Source of the DNA: Escherichia coli | GTDB taxonomy: Bacteria; Pseudomonadota; Gammaproteobacteria; Enterobacterales; Enterobacteriaceae | Reading direction: 5' to 3' (one strand) | NCBI RefSeq assembly: GCF_030013595.1 | Contig: NZ_CP122768.1 | Length of the DNA stretch: 64,000 nucleotides | Shown: in pieces, positions 62,028 through 64,000 of the stretch | How positions within the stretch are numbered: the first letter of the stretch is position 1 | Layout: every line of letters begins with the position of its first letter | Made by a program: the position numbers and the translations under genes | The notes under the pieces: generated by a model | Told to the model about the DNA's origin: nothing | The model's database searches: none | Seen by the model: the letters and a program-made list of their open reading frames with translations, nothing else

Positions 62028-63082
62028 GAGCTATTGATCTAATTAAAGTTGAATCGAAAGACATTAAATGGTTGACGGATAATTTGAAATCAGGTGTTAT
62101 TACAGTTGATAATTCATATCAGAGAAAATATATCTGGCAGCAAAAAGACCAAGTGGCCTTAATTGAGACAATATTAATTGGCTACCCAATCCCTGAGATT
62201 TACCTTTGGGCAAATAATACTGATCCTGACACTGGAGATACTAAATATTCAATTGTAGATGGACAGCAAAGGCTAACCACAATCCAGCGATATTTAAATG
62301 ATGAGTTTAAGTTAAGCAAAGCAGCTATAGATGATAAAGAAGCCGACTATAGTGGGAAAATTTTTTCAGAATTGTCGGCAGATAACAAACGTGATTTTTG
62401 GCGATACCAATTCTCATCCAGATTTATTAATGAATCATTGAGATATGATGAGATTGCAAAGTTATTTTTACGTCTAAATAGAACAAATACTACGTTAAAT
62501 CCTCAAGAACTTCGTAATGCTGAATTTAATGGCGAGTTTTTAAGATTAGCCGAAGAAATTGCACAAAATGAATTTTGGGATAATTATAAGATATTTACTC
62601 AGTCAGATATCCGTCGGATGCAAGACATTCAATTCATCAGCACATTATTGATTTTCTTACGAATGGGTATTGAGCAGGATAATACACAAAAATCAATTAA
62701 TCGAGTGTATGATCAATACAATGAGAATTACCCTGAGGCGACTGAGGACAGAATTATCTTTAACGAAGTGTTAAGGATCATATCTCAAATTATCAACAAT
62801 AAACAAGTATTAGAATCAGTTGTAAAGAAAAAAGGCCATTTGTATTTTATATTTGTGCTGGCATACTATTATTTACAGCTTAGTAAATCTAAGCTTGTTG
62901 ATATGAATGTTATTAGTTCAAAGCTCGAGGATTTTTTTAATATTTATGAGTTAAATGAACAAGATAACCCCCATCCACTGGTTGAGGAATATAGATTCCT
63001 CAGCCAAGAGGGTTCAAAGAAGAGTCATAACAGACAGCGTAGATTTGATATTTTGAAAGAATTTTGCTCTTTACATGATTAA
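62024..63082 (+). CDS. DUF262 (ParB/Srx-like, GmrS/SspE/DndB-type N-terminal domain) protein with an uncharacterised ~120-aa C-terminal region
   Basis: Hallmark motif YSIVDGQQRLTTIQRYL; ATGA start/stop overlap with the NTase-fold gene. Confidence 0.7.
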   Translation: MRAIDLIKVESKDIKWLTDNLKSGVITVDNSYQRKYIWQQKDQVALIETILIGYPIPEIYLWANNTDPDTGDTKYSIVDGQQRLTTIQRYLNDEFKLSKAAIDDKEADYSGKIFSELSADNKRDFWRYQFSSRFINESLRYDEIAKLFLRLNRTNTTLNPQELRNAEFNGEFLRLAEEIAQNEFWDNYKIFTQSDIRRMQDIQFISTLLIFLRMGIEQDNTQKSINRVYDQYNENYPEATEDRIIFNEVLRIISQIINNKQVLESVVKKKGHLYFIFVLAYYYLQLSKSKLVDMNVISSKLEDFFNIYELNEQDNPHPLVEEYRFLSQEGSKKSHNRQRRFDILKEFCSLHD

Positions 63083-63185
63083 ATGACGAAAGTGGGTTGT
63101 TTATAAGAATTGAATAAACAACCCATCATTTTAATGTACTCTGAATCCTCTCATTCTTAGTGAAATATTGTTTTTAGAACACGTA

Positions 63186-63420
63186 TTGACGTTAGAACAA
63201 AAAATAGATTTTTTTGTGATGTATTACGTTGGAGTTGATGGGATAATTATATGTTTTCAATACATTGTTAATTTATCAAGACCCTGCGACTAAGGTGTTC
63301 GAAAATCGACTAAAGTCTGTTTCATAGAGAGAGTTACTTGCGTTTAAAAAGGTATTTGGTCACGACCAACACGAGGCCGAATACCTCAGTTTAAGTACCG
63401 CTCATGTACAACAGTAACGT
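63186..63420 (+). repeat. direct repeat copy B (degenerate copy of the 3' end of the 57950 gene plus downstream region)
   Basis: See copy A. Confidence 0.6.
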
Positions 63421-63603
63421 TTGCTGATAGTGTCGCATTATCTTGCAGAGGACGCAGGTTAAATAGAACAAGCATATGTACCTGGTTTTTGTAATATTGG
63501 GTATAACATATGCTTTATAGGAGCGCGCTCAATGACCAACCGAGAAAGAATCTCCTGACAGATACAGTTATTTTCACCCTCTCCATAACATAAGGGAGTT
63601 TTT

Positions 63604-64000
63604 ATGTCGGAAGTGAGTATCGTAGAAGACGCCCCACGCCCAGTAGTCGCCGAATTGGCAGATCTGTTACAAGCACAACCATTTCATCAGAATCAATATG
63701 ATAACTTATGTCGCTTTATGATTTATTTTTCCCTGGCTGAATCAAAGTTAACATCAATGGCTGCTGGCCTTGGTAGAACTGACGCACTGGCACAGGAACT
63801 GGTTGTGCATAACGGCATGGACAGTCAGACCATAGATGATTGCTATCGTTATTTTATACGACGCTATCGAGACAGCCCTGATAGCGATTACCGCTTCAAT
63901 AAACTGGCCCCGCCTGAGTATGTTAAGAATGCAATCAGAGAACGCTTTGTTACGCTACTTCAGATACAGTCTCCAACAATTGAAGATAAAATCAGCTTTG
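63604..64000 (+). CDS. phage protein, 5' partial view (ORF runs off the window end)
   Basis: ATG at 63604 preceded by aagggag SD; open to 64000. Confidence 0.4.
   Translation, partial: MSEVSIVEDAPRPVVAELADLLQAQPFHQNQYDNLCRFMIYFSLAESKLTSMAAGLGRTDALAQELVVHNGMDSQTIDDCYRYFIRRYRDSPDSDYRFNKLAPPEYVKNAIRERFVTLLQIQSPTIEDKISF

Larger units (their letters stand above)
46723..64000. mobile_element. lambdoid (Rac-like) prophage integrated next to the leuZ terminator; extends beyond the window end, right boundary not seen
   Basis: Integrase next to tRNA; Xis, Gp157/ERF-like recombination module, cI/Cro/YdaT switch, O-like gene with iterons, DnaB helicase, moron cargo. Confidence 0.7.

Overview
This window is an Escherichia coli-type chromosomal segment (K-12-like synteny, read in the opposite direction to the K-12 map). 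It runs hiuH-hprRS-hchA-yedS-yedR-yedJ-dcm/vsr-yedA-yedI-yodC-dgcQ-yedP-yodD-dsrB-rcsA, then the complete flagellar fliR..fliE cluster, yedLKFED-amyA, fliTSD/fliC/fliAZ, tcyJ(fliY)-dcyD-tcyLN, sdiA, yecF, uvrY-uvrC-pgsA and the glyW-cysT-leuZ tRNA operon. Directly after leuZ, from about 46.7 kb to the window end, lies a lambdoid (Rac-like) prophage. It has an integrase/Xis, a Gp157 + ERF/Sak-like recombination module, a ~1 kb structured non-coding leader, a cI-like/Cro(YdaS)/YdaT(CII-like) immunity switch, an O-like gene with four 15-bp iterons, and a DnaB-type helicase. After that is an AT-rich cargo segment flanked by ~235-bp direct repeats. This cargo holds an IS629 insertion (1310 bp, 3-bp TSD) that splits a prophage lipoprotein gene, and a translationally coupled two-gene cassette encoding a minimal nucleotidyltransferase-fold protein plus a DUF262 (DGQQR, ParB/GmrS-N-like) protein. 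This cassette is the most likely candidate for a previously undescribed phage-defence or TA-like system. Other notable points are an in-frame amber codon in fliP, a 550-aa FliC variant, an intact yedS porin, and absence of the K-12 yedN/yedM/intG islet between fliE and yedL.
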